This document shows, in pieces, positions 1 through 12,125 of a stretch of DNA of 64,000 nucleotides; positions within the stretch are counted from its first letter, which is position 1; the number at the start of each line of letters is the position of its first letter. Source of the DNA: Podarcis liolepis (lineage: Eukaryota); NCBI GenBank assembly GCA_965112155.1, contig OZ218099.1, one strand, 5' to 3'. The notes under the pieces are model-generated. The model searched no databases, was not told the DNA's origin, and was given only the letters and a program-made list of their open reading frames with translations. Both the position numbers and the translations under genes were made by a program.

Positions 1-1034
1 TTGTTCCCAGCTACCAACCAAAAGCTTATAAGTGCTTAGGACTCAGCAGGCTTGGTTCATGTGAAATCTCAGGAAGCTGATCACATGCTTCAGACATGCA
101 AATCTAATAAGAGCTGAATAAAACAAAGCAAAATCCGCTTTTGGCTCATGTACACTTGATGCTAGCCATAAATCTAGCAAACTGTTTTTGCTCTTTTCCT
201 TCTTATGAGTGAGATCCTTGGGAACAGCTAGTTTATTATCCTCCATTTCTATTTTAAACAGTTCTTCATCTTAGCTGAAAGGGGACACGCTTCAGAAGTT
301 ACACAACTCCCCTAGTTCTGTGTTTTGTTTACTTATTAAAATGGATGTCTGTGTGATTATAGTGCTGTGATAGAAGCAGGTTGCTATCCTGTTCCCTTAC
401 CCCCCCTTAACTAAATTTATCTAAAGTAATGATGATTGATTTGTTTACAATTTAAGGCAATATATAACAAAGTTGGAGAGGTTTGTGTATTTATACCTTT
501 CCTGCACAACAGAAATTACTAGTTATGAGTAGAAATACTAAGAAGTTGTAAAGGTGGGTTTGTGGGTTGATTTTTTTATTTTAAAAAGTCAGTTCTTTTC
601 ATTAGTTTTAGAGTAGCCCCATCAGATTCAAAGAGCATGCGCACGTGTACATGGCACCAAACCGGGAAGTGACCAGAAAATGTCACTAAAGGGGCGGAAT
701 GGAATACTTTACGTGGGCCCCGCCGACATGCTCAGGAGTCCAGAATGTAACCCCTGTGCAAAGCAAGGATTGCCTGTAGACAAATGGATTCAGTTCCAAG
801 TATTCCAGAGTGAACAGAATAGTTTTAACAAGCTGAGGGATATTATCACTCCCAGCTCTTTGGAAGACTACAAATAGAACAACGGGCCTTTCCCATGTGT
901 CCAGTTAATCTGTTTAGGCAACATGGGAAGTAGCATCATTCTGCTTTTAAAGACTGGTTCTTGTGAAGCAGCTGTTCAGTTTGTTTTATCATAACTGTTG
1001 TCTTGTTTCTTTCCTTTTTTTTTAATCCTTTAAG

Positions 1035-1167
1035 GCACAACGTATTGAGCTTGTCTTCAGGAATTGATGAGCCTGGTGTTGTCAAGTGGGACCTGGCACT
1101 ATGTCTCCTCCTTGTCTGGGTGATATGTTTCTTTTGCATTTGGAAAGGTGTAAAGTCCACTGGGAAA
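1035..1167 (+). CDS. SLC6A6: SLC6A6 internal coding exon (EL2 end/TM4): (E)[44 protein letters not shown]
   Basis: Polypyrimidine tract + AG at 1033-1034, GTAAGT donor at 1168; 133 nt; SLC6 motif WKGVKSTGK; matches recalled TauT sequence. Confidence 0.95.
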
Positions 1168-1643
1168 GTAAGTGCTCTCAGCCTCTCCCTTTGCAATTAT
1201 AACTGCCTTGTTTCTTGGAGCGCTGGTATTGGCAAGTCCCAAAAATAAAAAATGTTCTCTTTGGATCCAAGTTCCTCTCAGTCCCACAGTGCATCTCAAA
1301 CTGGGGGGAAACTTGAACAAACTTCCAAGCTTGCTCAATCTTTCCCCCACTTTTTGCTCCATAGTTTCCAATAGAGGGAAAATGAGGTGTTAAAAAGGCC
1401 AGATAAATTCAAAACATTACTCTGCCTTAACTTCTGTTCGATACCAGCAGAGCATAATCTGCCTTTGTATTCCACCCTCTTTACACACATACACATTAGG
1501 ATTATAGCCAAAGTGTTTAAATAGGTTCAGAAATTAGTTTTATGCAGTGGTTTTACACCCTCTCCACATCATTTTGGGCTTAAAATGATTGAATTGACTT
1601 CTTAGCAAAGGCTAGGGTACCAATGTTATTTTGAACCTTTCCT

Positions 1644-2050
1644 AGAATCATAGAATTGTAGAGTTGGAAGGGACCTTGAGGGTCATCTAGTCCAGGGGTC
1701 AGCAAACTTTTTCAGCAGGGGGCTGGCCTACTCTCCCTCAGACCTTGTGGGGGGCCGGACTATTTTTTTTTGGGGGGGGGGGGGAAATCACCAAATTCCT
1801 ATGCCCCACAAATAACCCAGATATACATTTTAATAAAAGCACACATTCTACTCATGTAAAAACACCAGGCAGGCACCACGAATAACCCAGAGATGCATTT
1901 TAAATAAAAGGACACATTCTACTCATGTAAAAACACACTGATTCCCAGACTGTCCATTGGCCAGATTTAGAAAGCGATTGGGCTGGATTAGGCCCCCGGG
2001 CCTTAGTTTGCCTGGCCATGATCTAGTCCAGCCCCTGCAATGCAGGATTC
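1644..2050 (-). mobile_element. CR1-type 3' tail fragment (SINE or LINE end) split by the hAT insertion at 1693-2020
   Basis: Reverse complement reads ...cctgcattgcaggggctggactagatgaccctcaaggtcccttccaactctacaattctatgatt, the same tail as at 58960-59026. Confidence 0.75.
1693..2020. mobile_element. Non-autonomous hAT (Charlie/Buster-like) element
   Basis: Imperfect TIRs CAGGGGTCAGCAAACT / AGTTTGCCTGGCCATG; perfect 8-bp TSD ATCTAGTC (1685-1692, 2021-2028); internal ~55-bp duplication (1811-1866, 1881-1938). Confidence 0.85.
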
Positions 2051-2559
2051 ACAACGTGGCTGAAGCCATACCGAGCCCTGCAAATATGCTAGCAGTTTTA
2101 TTACTGCACCTCAACATATTCCTTGTTTATCCAAGGATGGAGGATGCATTTATTTATTACGTTGTTTCCTCTGTGAACTCTTTGGCTAGACCCACTGAAA
2201 ACTTGGAAAAAACTCAGAGTGAGTTCAGAAACTCTCATAACATCTGGCTTCTGTTTTTTAGTTGTTTCTCCAAGGTCATAGCTGTTGAACATTCTTAGAT
2301 TTTTTTATTTTTCTTTGAATTGATGAACAGGCCTCTTTGATTTTCCACATTTGTCACAGTGTACTTCTGGAAGATAATTCCTTGCCCAACGATAATAATT
2401 AGATAGCAGTCAGGTCTCCTTTCATTTTAAACATATGTAAAAAGAAAAAAGTACTTAAGTTTGAATGTCCAACCAACCTCTTTTATTTTTTAAAAAATCC
2501 CAAAAGCAATTTGCATAGCTCAGTGTTTGTTCTGGCTGAAAATAGTTCTCCTACAATTA

Positions 2560-2690
2560 CCGTATTTTTTTGCCCCATAGGACGCACCGGCCCATAGGAC
2601 GCACATGGGTTTTTTTTAGGGGGGGGGAATTATTTCCCCCCCAGGCGCAGGGCTGGGGCGGGGGAAGCCCGAGCTTCCCCTGACCCCAGC
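2560..2690. mobile_element. Terminal fragment of a probable Tc1/mariner-pogo-type DNA transposon
   Basis: TA|CCGTATTTTT terminus with duplicated subterminal CCCATAGGACGCAC motif; CpG-rich; other end not found. Confidence 0.5.
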
Positions 2691-3329
2691 AAAAAAAAAC
2701 TACTTACAAATACTTGTTTAATGTAGAAAAGAAGGGGAAATAACAAAGGCAAGGATTATATTTAAAAGCAAAACAAAATACTTTTGGAAGAAAAAATTAC
2801 ACACAGAGAAATGTAATTTGCCAAAAGAAAAGCAGGGCATGATATGGATGGGTGTTGCATTTAGAGATCAGACTGGCTGCAGAAATTATTATGGTGCAAC
2901 AGGCTTTGATATCTGCCTGTTAAATCTCTTGAGGTTCACTTAAAAGGCAGGAAGATGCATCTCAGGAGCTTTTATCTTGCTAAACCAATTTCACAAAAAC
3001 AAAGCTATATTAAAGTAGCAGAGCTGTAATTACTGGGTGGCATCATCTGACCCTATTAGCAGAAGAAAGGAACCAAATAAATAAATAAATAAACATAAGT
3101 TTGAGGCAGATTTCCAGAAGGCACACATGTACTTTGGGACAATCATTCAGAAGTAAGCAAGGGGTACAATTCAGCTAGGGTAATCTCTTGTGCATACTGA
3201 TTTTATACATCACCTTCTGTTTATTCAGTTTGTGTTACAAGACATTCTCAGTTGATCATGCCCAGGTTCATCCTTTTTCTGTGCTGGATACAATAGGAAC
3301 AAAGTTAGGTGCCTTTGATACAGTAGTTC

Positions 3330-3466
3330 TGTATTTACAACACTAACTGGCAGCAGCTCTCCAGTATTTGAAGTAGGGGTCCCTCCCAGTCCTACCTGGA
3401 AGTGCTGGGGGTTGAATCTGGGACCTTCTGTGGCAAAAAAATGTTCACCATTGAGCTATGGCGCTT
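3330..3466 (-). mobile_element. Old tRNA-derived squamate SINE (Squam2-like, tentative)
   Basis: Reverse complement shows an A box (tagctcaatgg), a B-box-like ccagattcaacccc and a body shared with copies at 11370 and 37897. Confidence 0.6.
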
Positions 3467-4118
3467 CAGATCATAAGCAAGGAACAGCTCTTTATTGGGT
3501 GGGTGGTTGTGATCTACATGGGGTGCCACACATCAGTTCCAGTCTTTAGTGAATCTCCTGATGAAGAGTGTTTAATGATATTATAAACACATAAGTTCTA
3601 TTGAGCATACATACTAGGGAAGGAAGGAACACCTCCAGTACTCAAATTTCATTGCTGTATATGTGATTTATTTATTTTACTACCACATTCTTCATTATTG
3701 TGGTGAATGCCACCTGTAGACATCTATATAATGAGAATGAAGTGTGTTGCCTTGTCAGCCTCACTAGTGGTCCAACCAGCACAGCCAATGGTCAGAGATG
3801 ATGGTAGTTGGAGAGCACCATGTCGATCATGCCTGACATAGCGGTGACTTGGGGGAACTGGAAACAGAAATGTGACCAGTATTAAAGTCAGCATTAAAGT
3901 CCAATAATGTACTTTCTCTGTCATGATGGATATATGTGCATGCAGTTAAGGGGAACCTGCTGTGATCCACTGAATAATGAAAGCTGAGAGCAAACAGGAG
4001 GATAAGAATTGAAGATAAGAGATGAGCCCATTTGTAACCTCAAATACCAGGCATATACAATTAAAATTATAGCTTTTTATTATCAAAAAGTGATAACATT
4101 TATCATTTTTAATACCAG

Positions 4119-4253
4119 GTTGTGTACATAACAGCAACATTCCCATTCATCATGCTTCTTGTACTGTTAATCCGTGGTGTCACTTTACCTGGAGCTTCAA
4201 CGGGCATCAAGTTTTATCTTTACCCTGACATCTCTCGGCTAGCAGATCCACAG
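4119..4253 (+). CDS. SLC6A6: SLC6A6 coding exon (TM5): [45 protein letters not shown]
   Basis: CAG acceptor, GTGGGT donor, 135 nt, phase 0/0; translated by hand (absent from ORF track). Confidence 0.95.
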
Positions 4254-5137
4254 GTGGGTTACTAAAAACTGGAAGTGGTGATACTTTTCTTTCTATGCTC
4301 TAAACAAAATGTGAGGAGGGCAGTGGGATGATTGTGCAGTAGATTTTCTTGTAATCTTGAAGCAGTCAAAACTTAATTGAAGATTACCTCCATGGTGTTA
4401 TTCCTTTCCACCGTATCTTGTCAAAAAGGTTATTATTGTTAATGTGTTAATGCATTTTCCATGTGTGTATATCTTTTTATATCAGAAGGATTCTGAGGCT
4501 TGTAGACTCTGTCCAAATATAGCATCTCAGCTTTTTTGTTGATATTAGGCTGTGGACAAGGTAAGGGAGATAATTTTTGCTTCAGTCTTTAGCTCTTAAA
4601 GGCAGCAAAATTATGGAGCAGCGAACAGAACGGTAAGGAGCACTTGTGAGTATTTGCAAATGTCCATGTCATATGGACGCCCTTGGGGGAAGGCAGTTAA
4701 GGACAGTGAAATAAAATGGGAAATGCTGAATACCTTTCACGTTCTTTGTAGAAACTTGCTTCTATGCAAATGTTTGAAAGATAGCACCCTTAGTAAAGCG
4801 CAGGAGTATAGCACTTTCTTTTCTTTTTTTGCTCCATCTTCAACTGCTTACAAATTATGTGACAGTTTATTTTATGATCTGGTCAGCCACAAGCTCTACC
4901 CCATAGCAATGGGGAAATGCAAAACTGTTAAAGTAGGGTGGGGTGGGGGTGGGGGATGCACATAAGACTATGGTAATATTGTGATACGAGCAGTGAATGA
5001 AAAGCAACTTATGATACAAGCCGGATGAAAATGCCACTGAGTACAATCCATCTGGAACACCATTTATAGCAGCTATGTGAGAGGTTGCTGCTTCTTTCCT
5101 GTTCTGATTCGTTAAACTCTTCTCTGTTAGCCTAAGC

Positions 5138-5493
5138 CAGGGCTGGGAACCCCTTTCAGGACAAGGGTCACATTCCCACCTGGGCAGCCTGCTGCGGGGC
5201 AGGGGACACGTGCCAGCGGTGGGAGGGGACAGTTGCAAAAGTGGGTGAAGCAACAAATGCAATTTTTACCTTTGTACAGTGGGACTCATTTCTACACACA
5301 GCCCTTGCTATCCTCCGTCCAGGAAACCAAGAGGCATTGTCATAGTTCAAAGACATATTCCAACAAAGGGAAAACCCTTAAGGGGGATCTGAAATAGTGC
5401 TGGTGGAGGGTATGGCCTTGAGAGAGTTCTAGGGAGAGAGGGCTGGAGGGCAGTGTTTTTCCCTTAACCGTCTGGTGAGGTTCCCTACCACTG
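5138..5493. mobile_element. Non-autonomous hAT element
   Basis: TIRs CAGGGCTGGGAACC / GGTTCCCTACCACTG; perfect 8-bp TSD GCCTAAGC (5130-5137, 5494-5501). Confidence 0.85.
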
Positions 5494-5936
5494 GCCTAAG
5501 CAGAGTGCACTGGAAGACATAATTGGCCACAGCAAGAAAAGCCCTAAGAGGTATTGGGAGGGAGCATAGTGCTATCCACCAAAAAGCCTGGGATCCTTAA
5601 ACCACTGAACTGATCTTGAAATGTATCTTGTGTGTATATTAGTCTGCTGGGATCTACAACGGGTGATGCTCAAAACTGGGACTGTATATATGTAATGCTC
5701 TGTTGTTTTTGTTTAAAAGAACTGATTGCGTTTTTATTCACTTTTATGCCAAAATGTTGTGATATGGTATTGAACAGTGTAGGTGCATTCAATGGCTAGC
5801 ATTTATGAGCGGATTATTTTAAAGAGACGTCTATTGTCACATTGTGGGGGTTGCCTAGTCTGTATTAGCTTTAGATAAATGGCCGGTGCTGGTGCAAAAT
5901 GCAGCCTTCTAATGGGCCTTTTCATGTTTTCTTTAG

Positions 5937-6040
5937 GTCTGGATAGATGCTGGGACGCAAATCTTCTTCTCCTATGCAATCTGCTTAGGTGCAATGACTT
6001 CCTTGGGGAGCTACAATAAATACAAATACAACTGCTATAG
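5937..6040 (+). CDS. SLC6A6: SLC6A6 coding exon (TM6): [34 protein letters not shown](R)
   Basis: TTTAG acceptor, 104 nt, ends in phase 2 at AG|GCAAGT (GC donor); [14 protein letters not shown] is the TauT/GAT-type TM6 signature. Confidence 0.95.
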
Positions 6041-6148
6041 GCAAGTTTCCTACCAAAGGGGTTTAGTACATGTTAGCTAATTGATGTGTAGGGAACCATG
6101 GGTTCAATTTTTTTCTCCAATTAACTTCCTCCATGACATATGTGTGAC

Positions 6149-6280
6149 NNNNNNNNNNNNNNNNNNNNNNNNNNNNNNNNNNNNNNNNNNNNNNNNNNNN
6201 NNNNNNNNNNNNNNNNNNNNNNNNNNNNNNNNNNNNNNNNNNNNNNNNNNNNNNNNNNNNNNNNNNNNNNNNNNNNNNNN
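6149..6280. other. Assembly gap (132 N), probably hiding the SLC6A6 TM7 exon
   Basis: Run of N seen directly; flanking exons are phase-incompatible without a 125-nt exon. Confidence 0.9.
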
Positions 6281-7577
6281 CGATGGTGTCGGTGGCAGTG
6301 ATGGTGGGCACTGCCACCCAGTGTGTGAGCAAAGTAATACAAACCAAATCAACCGCCCCTCCCCCCTCCCCCCAAAAGGAGATATTTTGAAAAGTAAAAT
6401 TACTCGGCATTTCAGGAGACAAAGGCTTACTTTATTTCAATGGGTGTGACAGTTCGAAACAAATTGAAAACATGCAGAAACATAAAATGGAATTGAGTTT
6501 AAAAGAAATGCCCAGAACAGAGTCAAAAATATGCAAGATGCAAACAGTTTATAAATATATGAACCTCTGTGGTCGCTCTCCATTTGCTTCAATCAAATTC
6601 CTAATAGATATGATCGCCGAAAGCTCCATAGACCCACAGCAAGTGACCTCAAGAGATTATAGCTGTGCTAGGGTATGCCTTGAGTTTTATTGCACCATGT
6701 ATATTTTAGTGAAGGGCCATTGTTTTCCATGACAAGGCTGTATAGAAACTAGAAAGAGAGGAGCCCCCCTTTTTGCACCCTTCCTGCCCTCCCAACATAT
6801 TTTACATTCGTGCATAGAGCACTTCCATATACAGGAAACAGTGGATTGATTCCTACACATATTTCCCTGGGATACATGTGCATTAAAAGAACAATATGTC
6901 CTTATCTCATTTACTTTCGAACAAAGCATGCATACTTTTCTGGACTTGCCTTGTAAAACCTGAGGAAGCACAGCAACTCAAATTAACTATGCCTTCGAAG
7001 CCCAGACGTGCTAGACCAAATGCTCTTTTCATTGTAGTCTATGTGAACTTACTTAAAACGATAGCACTTAGACTGGCTGGCAGCAATTTCTGCAACTAGC
7101 TAGTAAAAAGGGTATTGTAGAACCCCAGAGGTTTCTGCTGGTCATATCCATTATACACATTTTATTTTTCTCTGAGAGTGCAGGTTTGGCGAGGTTCAAA
7201 ACAGCTTGAAAAGGCAAGAAATGTGCATCGGCATTGGATGTAAAGCCGTTAAAAGGCTGTGACTACCCTAATATTAATGCACACCTCAGGCAGCAGACAA
7301 AGGTCACCCATTTGGGTGCTGTGGGGAAAACTTGTACTGTGATTTTGCCGTGCCATATTGTCAAACAGATCGTTTTTTTCTTCCTATAGTGCCATTTTAA
7401 TAGTGGTGAGGAATGCCAGCGAAGACTGGTTTATTCCCTCAAATTTTATTTTCCTTTATTTAACAAACAAGGCTAGTTCTTCAAGGCAGGCAGGAAAATG
7501 AGGGAGCTGGGAATGGCTGTTAACATCCCAATGCAGAGCTTAACCATGTTGATTTCAATTAGCTTAAGCTTGCTTAA

Positions 7578-7660
7578 GGCTGCAATCCTATGCACACATA
7601 TCCGAGAGCAAACCACACTGAACACAGCAGGTTTTATTTCTTCTGAGTAAGCATGTGCTT
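7578..7660. mobile_element. ~85-bp palindromic MITE (PIF/Harbinger-like), copy
   Basis: TAA|GGCTGCAATCCTATGCAC...TTCTGAGTAAGCATG; similar to the 20686, 30929 and 60672 copies. Confidence 0.6.
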
Positions 7661-9605
7661 GTCAGTCTGTTGAAAGATTGTAGCCATCAGATCTAAATGT
7701 TTGATGCCTTAGTCTTACACAGCACTTTTTAAAATGAAAAAGTGGCTAAGGCTGATGTTAACTTAGACCCACTTAGTTCAGTTGGACTTGCTTCCAAGTA
7801 CATGTGGGTAGGAGATCAGCCTAAGTAACTTTATGAGCAGATAAGCAACTGCAGGATACAATAGTTGGCCATAGTGAGCTCCATTGAGAGATGAGCCCAG
7901 GAAACCAGTACTTTTTAGCTCTGTATTCATAGAACAGCTTGAGGTGAGCATAGTCTCCCCCCTTTTTTTCTTTAAAAAAAGCTAAAGTATTTTCAAGGGG
8001 AAGTGGAGGAACTGGATTCAGTTCTATTTCCCTTCCTAAATAACTGACTGATGCAATTTTTATTTTAATAATGTATTCAGTCCCAGCAGTTGGTTCACAA
8101 GAGGGAATAATGTGGATAAGACCCATTTGTACATTTTGTTCCTTACCCAGCAAGAGATGCTTGTCATGAGCATAACCTTAAATATGCATTTGCCCCAATG
8201 CCACCAATTCAGAGATAAGTGGCTGCACTTAATTTCCATCGAAATCAAGGGCACGTCTAACTTAAATCCCATTTATTTTAGTGAGTCATGCTCAACTAAC
8301 TTTTCTGAGGTGAAGACCATAGATTCAGGATTGGGGTGCCAGCATTTTTTCATTTTGCTGCACCGATCTGCCTTTCCATTCAGTTTAATGGCATGGAAAA
8401 TGGAAGGTAGCAGAGGCATTCAGTGGTGAGTGACAAGGACTAATCTGTGGAGAGAATTCTTCTGCTGTACTTTGTAACAGATAAAAGAAGAAAAACAAAG
8501 TAGAGCTATAAACTGGAATGCCAGTGTATTTTCTTTAAACAAAAGCTTGTATGAAAAGTGTTGATGTAATATTTTCAGTCATCTTTAAAACTACCCAAAT
8601 ACGTTAAACATAAACAATAGCGCTTTTTGGCTTTTTCATCCCTATATGATTCTTTATTGCACCTGAATAAGTGTCACCAATATAAACTGAAAGCTCATCT
8701 CATTGTAGTGCATGACTGTCACGTGCCATGGAAATGAGCTTGGTTTTGGCTTCGAGTGGCTCATCCACAGTGCAAAGATGGAATAATCTACCAATGATTA
8801 TTAACAATACTAGTTGAGGGACATTGGCCTTATTTCAGCCAGCAGGTTTTCAGAATGAAAAAACAGCAGCTATTGCTTTGTATCTTAAAAGAATACTGCC
8901 TACTGATAGCAGCAAATTGATTCATTATAGACATTGGGTAAGCCATTAACACAATGCAGCTACCAACCCCTTCAGAGGAAGGGACGGAGGATTGATTATT
9001 TAGATAGTCAAGTCAGTTTTTCCACTTCATTTGTTGTGGTATAGAAAAGCTTTTTGTTGGCATTGATAGAACTGTGGAGGGGTATAACAGCTCCAAATCT
9101 GGCCTGTGGAGCACAAATCCCAAACCCTTGAAGGATATTTTGTTGGTTTTATTTGTCCAAGGAGGGGCTGGGGGTTGCGAAAACAAAGAGAACATGTATG
9201 GCATTTCCCCCCTCCTCTGTTCGTAAAGGAGCACAGGAACCGGTCATCCTATAACTATGTCTCATTTACACCATAAGCCCAGCTGCTCATCTTCTATCTT
9301 ATTCACTTTCTGCATGATGCGTGTAGAGTTTGACCTATTCTTGGCATGTTGAGGCAGATGCTGAGACTGAAAGTGGGTAAATAATGGCTTTTGAATTTGA
9401 TCATTGGAGTTCCTGTTCTAGCAATGCATGCTTCTTTGTCAGATAAAGGATCCAAGTGAATTCCCTTCTGGAATCTTCAGTTGGGTTTTGGTTTATCTGA
9501 ATCAAATCAAGCATCTGTTCTGGAGAGGCAGAGGGGGTCTTGCCTTTGAGAACGAGCTGCTTACTTATTATATATTTTCCTCTTTCTCTTCCTTTATTCC
9601 TTTAG

Positions 9606-9718
9606 GTCCAGGCCTGGCCTTTATTGCGTATCCGAAAGCTGTGTCCATGATGCCACTCCCAACTTTTTGGGCTATTCTTTTTTTTATTATGCTTCTGTTG
9701 CTTGGCCTGGACAGCCAG
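9606..9718 (+). CDS. SLC6A6: SLC6A6 coding exon (EL4/TM8): (G)[37 protein letters not shown]
   Basis: Long pyrimidine tract + TAG, GTGAGT donor, 113 nt; GPGLAF and LGLDSQ SLC6 motifs. Confidence 0.96.
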
Positions 9719-11155
9719 GTGAGTAACCATAGCAACAAACACAGCATCCATACTGTATGATGGAAAATTTAACAATGTAATTGGGTTTGTTGCATTTTCT
9801 GCTCTGGGGCAAATGCATCATAAATGTTGCAGAAATGGATTGCTTCATTCTCTAGCAGAGAAAGGATAACAGCTGTTAATCAGTGTTAGCCTATGCACTG
9901 TTTTGAAGTGTATGAAGTGGCTAATTAAGTTATTCAGGAAGTTTTCAGCTAAATCAGAAAGGGACAAAGCCATCCTTGGGATGTGGGGTTGAGTACCCTT
10001 GCATGTCCTGCCTTTCATAAGGTCTCTTACAGTTCAGCACCCTTGAAAACTGAAACCATGGATAAGCTCTCTTTTAAAACAGTTAGACTAAATGTGTAGT
10101 GCACATTGGTGGTGTTGTTATTCCTTGAGGAAATGGACGGCTGCCCCGCCTCCCCAAAGAGACCTATTTATATGACGCAAATAAATCTGTTAATAATTTG
10201 TAGGCTATTGCTAGTTGCACAGATGTACCAGGGATTTAGGGGGTATTTCATTGAGTTGGTTTAAGAATTTAAACTAACAAGGTTCTATTTATTCCTTGGG
10301 AAAGTAGCTTTAACATTAAATAAATCTACTTGACAGGGGCAGAAAGTTTACTGAATTCAAAACCTCTCATATGAGCAGCGATTAGTGGAGTTTTCCCTCT
10401 GGCTGTTACTCACTTGATCTCTTAAATTGGCAAAGCATTCCATTTGTTCTAAATGGCTCTTTAGTGCTTAATCTTTGAACTCCAGTGAGTGACTTTTAAT
10501 CACTTCCAAATTGAATGTTAAAACATGCTTGGTGCTGTGGTTCTGCAACCAAGTACTTATGTAAATTGAGGGTTGCCTAGTAATTTTAAGTCATTTCTCA
10601 CTGTGTCGAATAATTAAAACTAATTGGAGCACTTAATGTTTTGTTTGCTTTTGGAGCGCTGTCAGGCAGGATTTTGGAATGCTAGAATAGCTTAGGAGCA
10701 AGCTAGACTATAGTTGTATTGCAACAGAAGAAAAAAAAACTTCTGGAAGTGTACTGTATTTTAAGGCCCTGGGTTAAAGAAAGATTTTAATACATTAGCT
10801 TGTGAGTTAGCTTTACAGTGCACAGTACTAGTGCAGCTGTTGCTCGTTAGCAGAAACAAATATGATATGTTATGTGTGTAAAGAAAATTGCTTATATCCC
10901 CATGCATAATAAACTGAAAGAAGAAGACAGGGACTTATTTTTAAATACTCGGGAGGAGGACATTCTAAGTGCAAAACCCCAGCTGGACACCACTCACAGG
11001 CTGTAACCTTGACTTGTTGAAAGGTTAAGCAAGTAAATGGATTCAGCTTCTCCAGGGAGAGTGCCAGCACTGTTTCCAAGGGATGCCTTTTATGAAAGAA
11101 TGGAACACATTCATGGCAGTTGTTCAGGGTTCTTTTTTCTTTCCTTCTCTGCCAG

Positions 11156-11293
11156 TTTGTTGAAGTTGAAGGACAGATCACGTCATTAGTTGATCTGTAC
11201 CCATCCTTCCTAAGGAAGGGTTACCGACGGGAAATCTTCATCGCTATAATATGTTTCGTCAGCTATCTTCTGGGACTATCTATGGTGACTGAA
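11156..11293 (+). CDS. SLC6A6: SLC6A6 coding exon (TM8/TM9): [46 protein letters not shown]
   Basis: CAG/GTAAGT, 138 nt; [30 protein letters not shown] matches recalled TauT and carries the TauT-characteristic Glu (FVEVEG). Confidence 0.97.
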
Positions 11294-11369
11294 GTAAGTG
11301 AGACGAGCTGGTGTGGGTTTGCTTGGGTTTTGATTTCATTCTGTGAAGTCAAATAGGACAGTGCAAGAG

Positions 11370-11555
11370 GGAAGCAATCACAGTACAATGGCAGAGCACA
11401 GGCTTTGCATGTGAAAAGGTGCCAGGTTGATTTCCTGCATCTCCAGTTAAAATAAAATTGGGAGAGCTTTTCCTTCTGAGAGCTTCAGAGAGCTGGTAGC
11501 AGTCAGAGCTAACAGTACTGGGCTGGATAGACAAATAGTTTGGCCTGAGCATAGG
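11370..11555 (+). mobile_element. Old tRNA-derived squamate SINE (Squam2-like, tentative)
   Basis: Degenerate tRNA head (ggcagagcacaggctttgcatgtgaaaaggtgccaggtt) and body shared with the 3330 and 37897 copies. Confidence 0.55.
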
Positions 11556-11899
11556 GGAAATTCCTTGGTACCTAAGAGAGGAGCCTGGCTCTATAAAACG
11601 GTTACTCTGTTGCTGTCATTGTTTTTTAAAGCAGAAAGAACAGTTGAGAACTGATTTATCCAAATCTTTCATTTCTCTTAAGTTCTCCAGTGGTGTCAAT
11701 GTAAGGCCATGCCAGTTGTAGCCCAGTGTATGATTAGTGCTGCTTTTATCCAGCACTGCATTTCCCCCAAGCTTATTCTTATAGAAGAACCTAGATAGCG
11801 TGCTCCGTTGTGCTGTAGATCTGGAGTAAACAAAGCTAGATAGATGTGAAACATGTGGGAAATGGTGCAGGTTGAAGCCTATCTCATTATATTTGGGGC

Positions 11900-12125
11900 T
11901 TCGAAAGCACGTCAAAGTGCAAGGAGATAAATAGGCACTGCTCCGGCGGGAAGGTAAACGGCGTTTCTGTGCGCTGCTCTGGTTTGCCAGACGCGGCTTT
12001 GTCATGCTGGTCACATGAGCCGGAAGCTGTACGCCAGCTCCTTCGGCCAGTAAAGCGAGATGAGCGCCGCAACCCCAGAGTCATCCGCGACTGGACTTAA
12101 CTGTCAGGGGTCCCTTTACCTTTAC
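11900..12125 (+). mobile_element. Sauria SINE (Squam1), 5'-truncated
   Basis: High similarity to the 44184 and 57293 copies; tail GGGGTCCCTTTACCTTTAC. Confidence 0.9.

Noticed and set aside
6063-6449. ORFs spanning the N run
   Set aside because: Artefacts of translating through N
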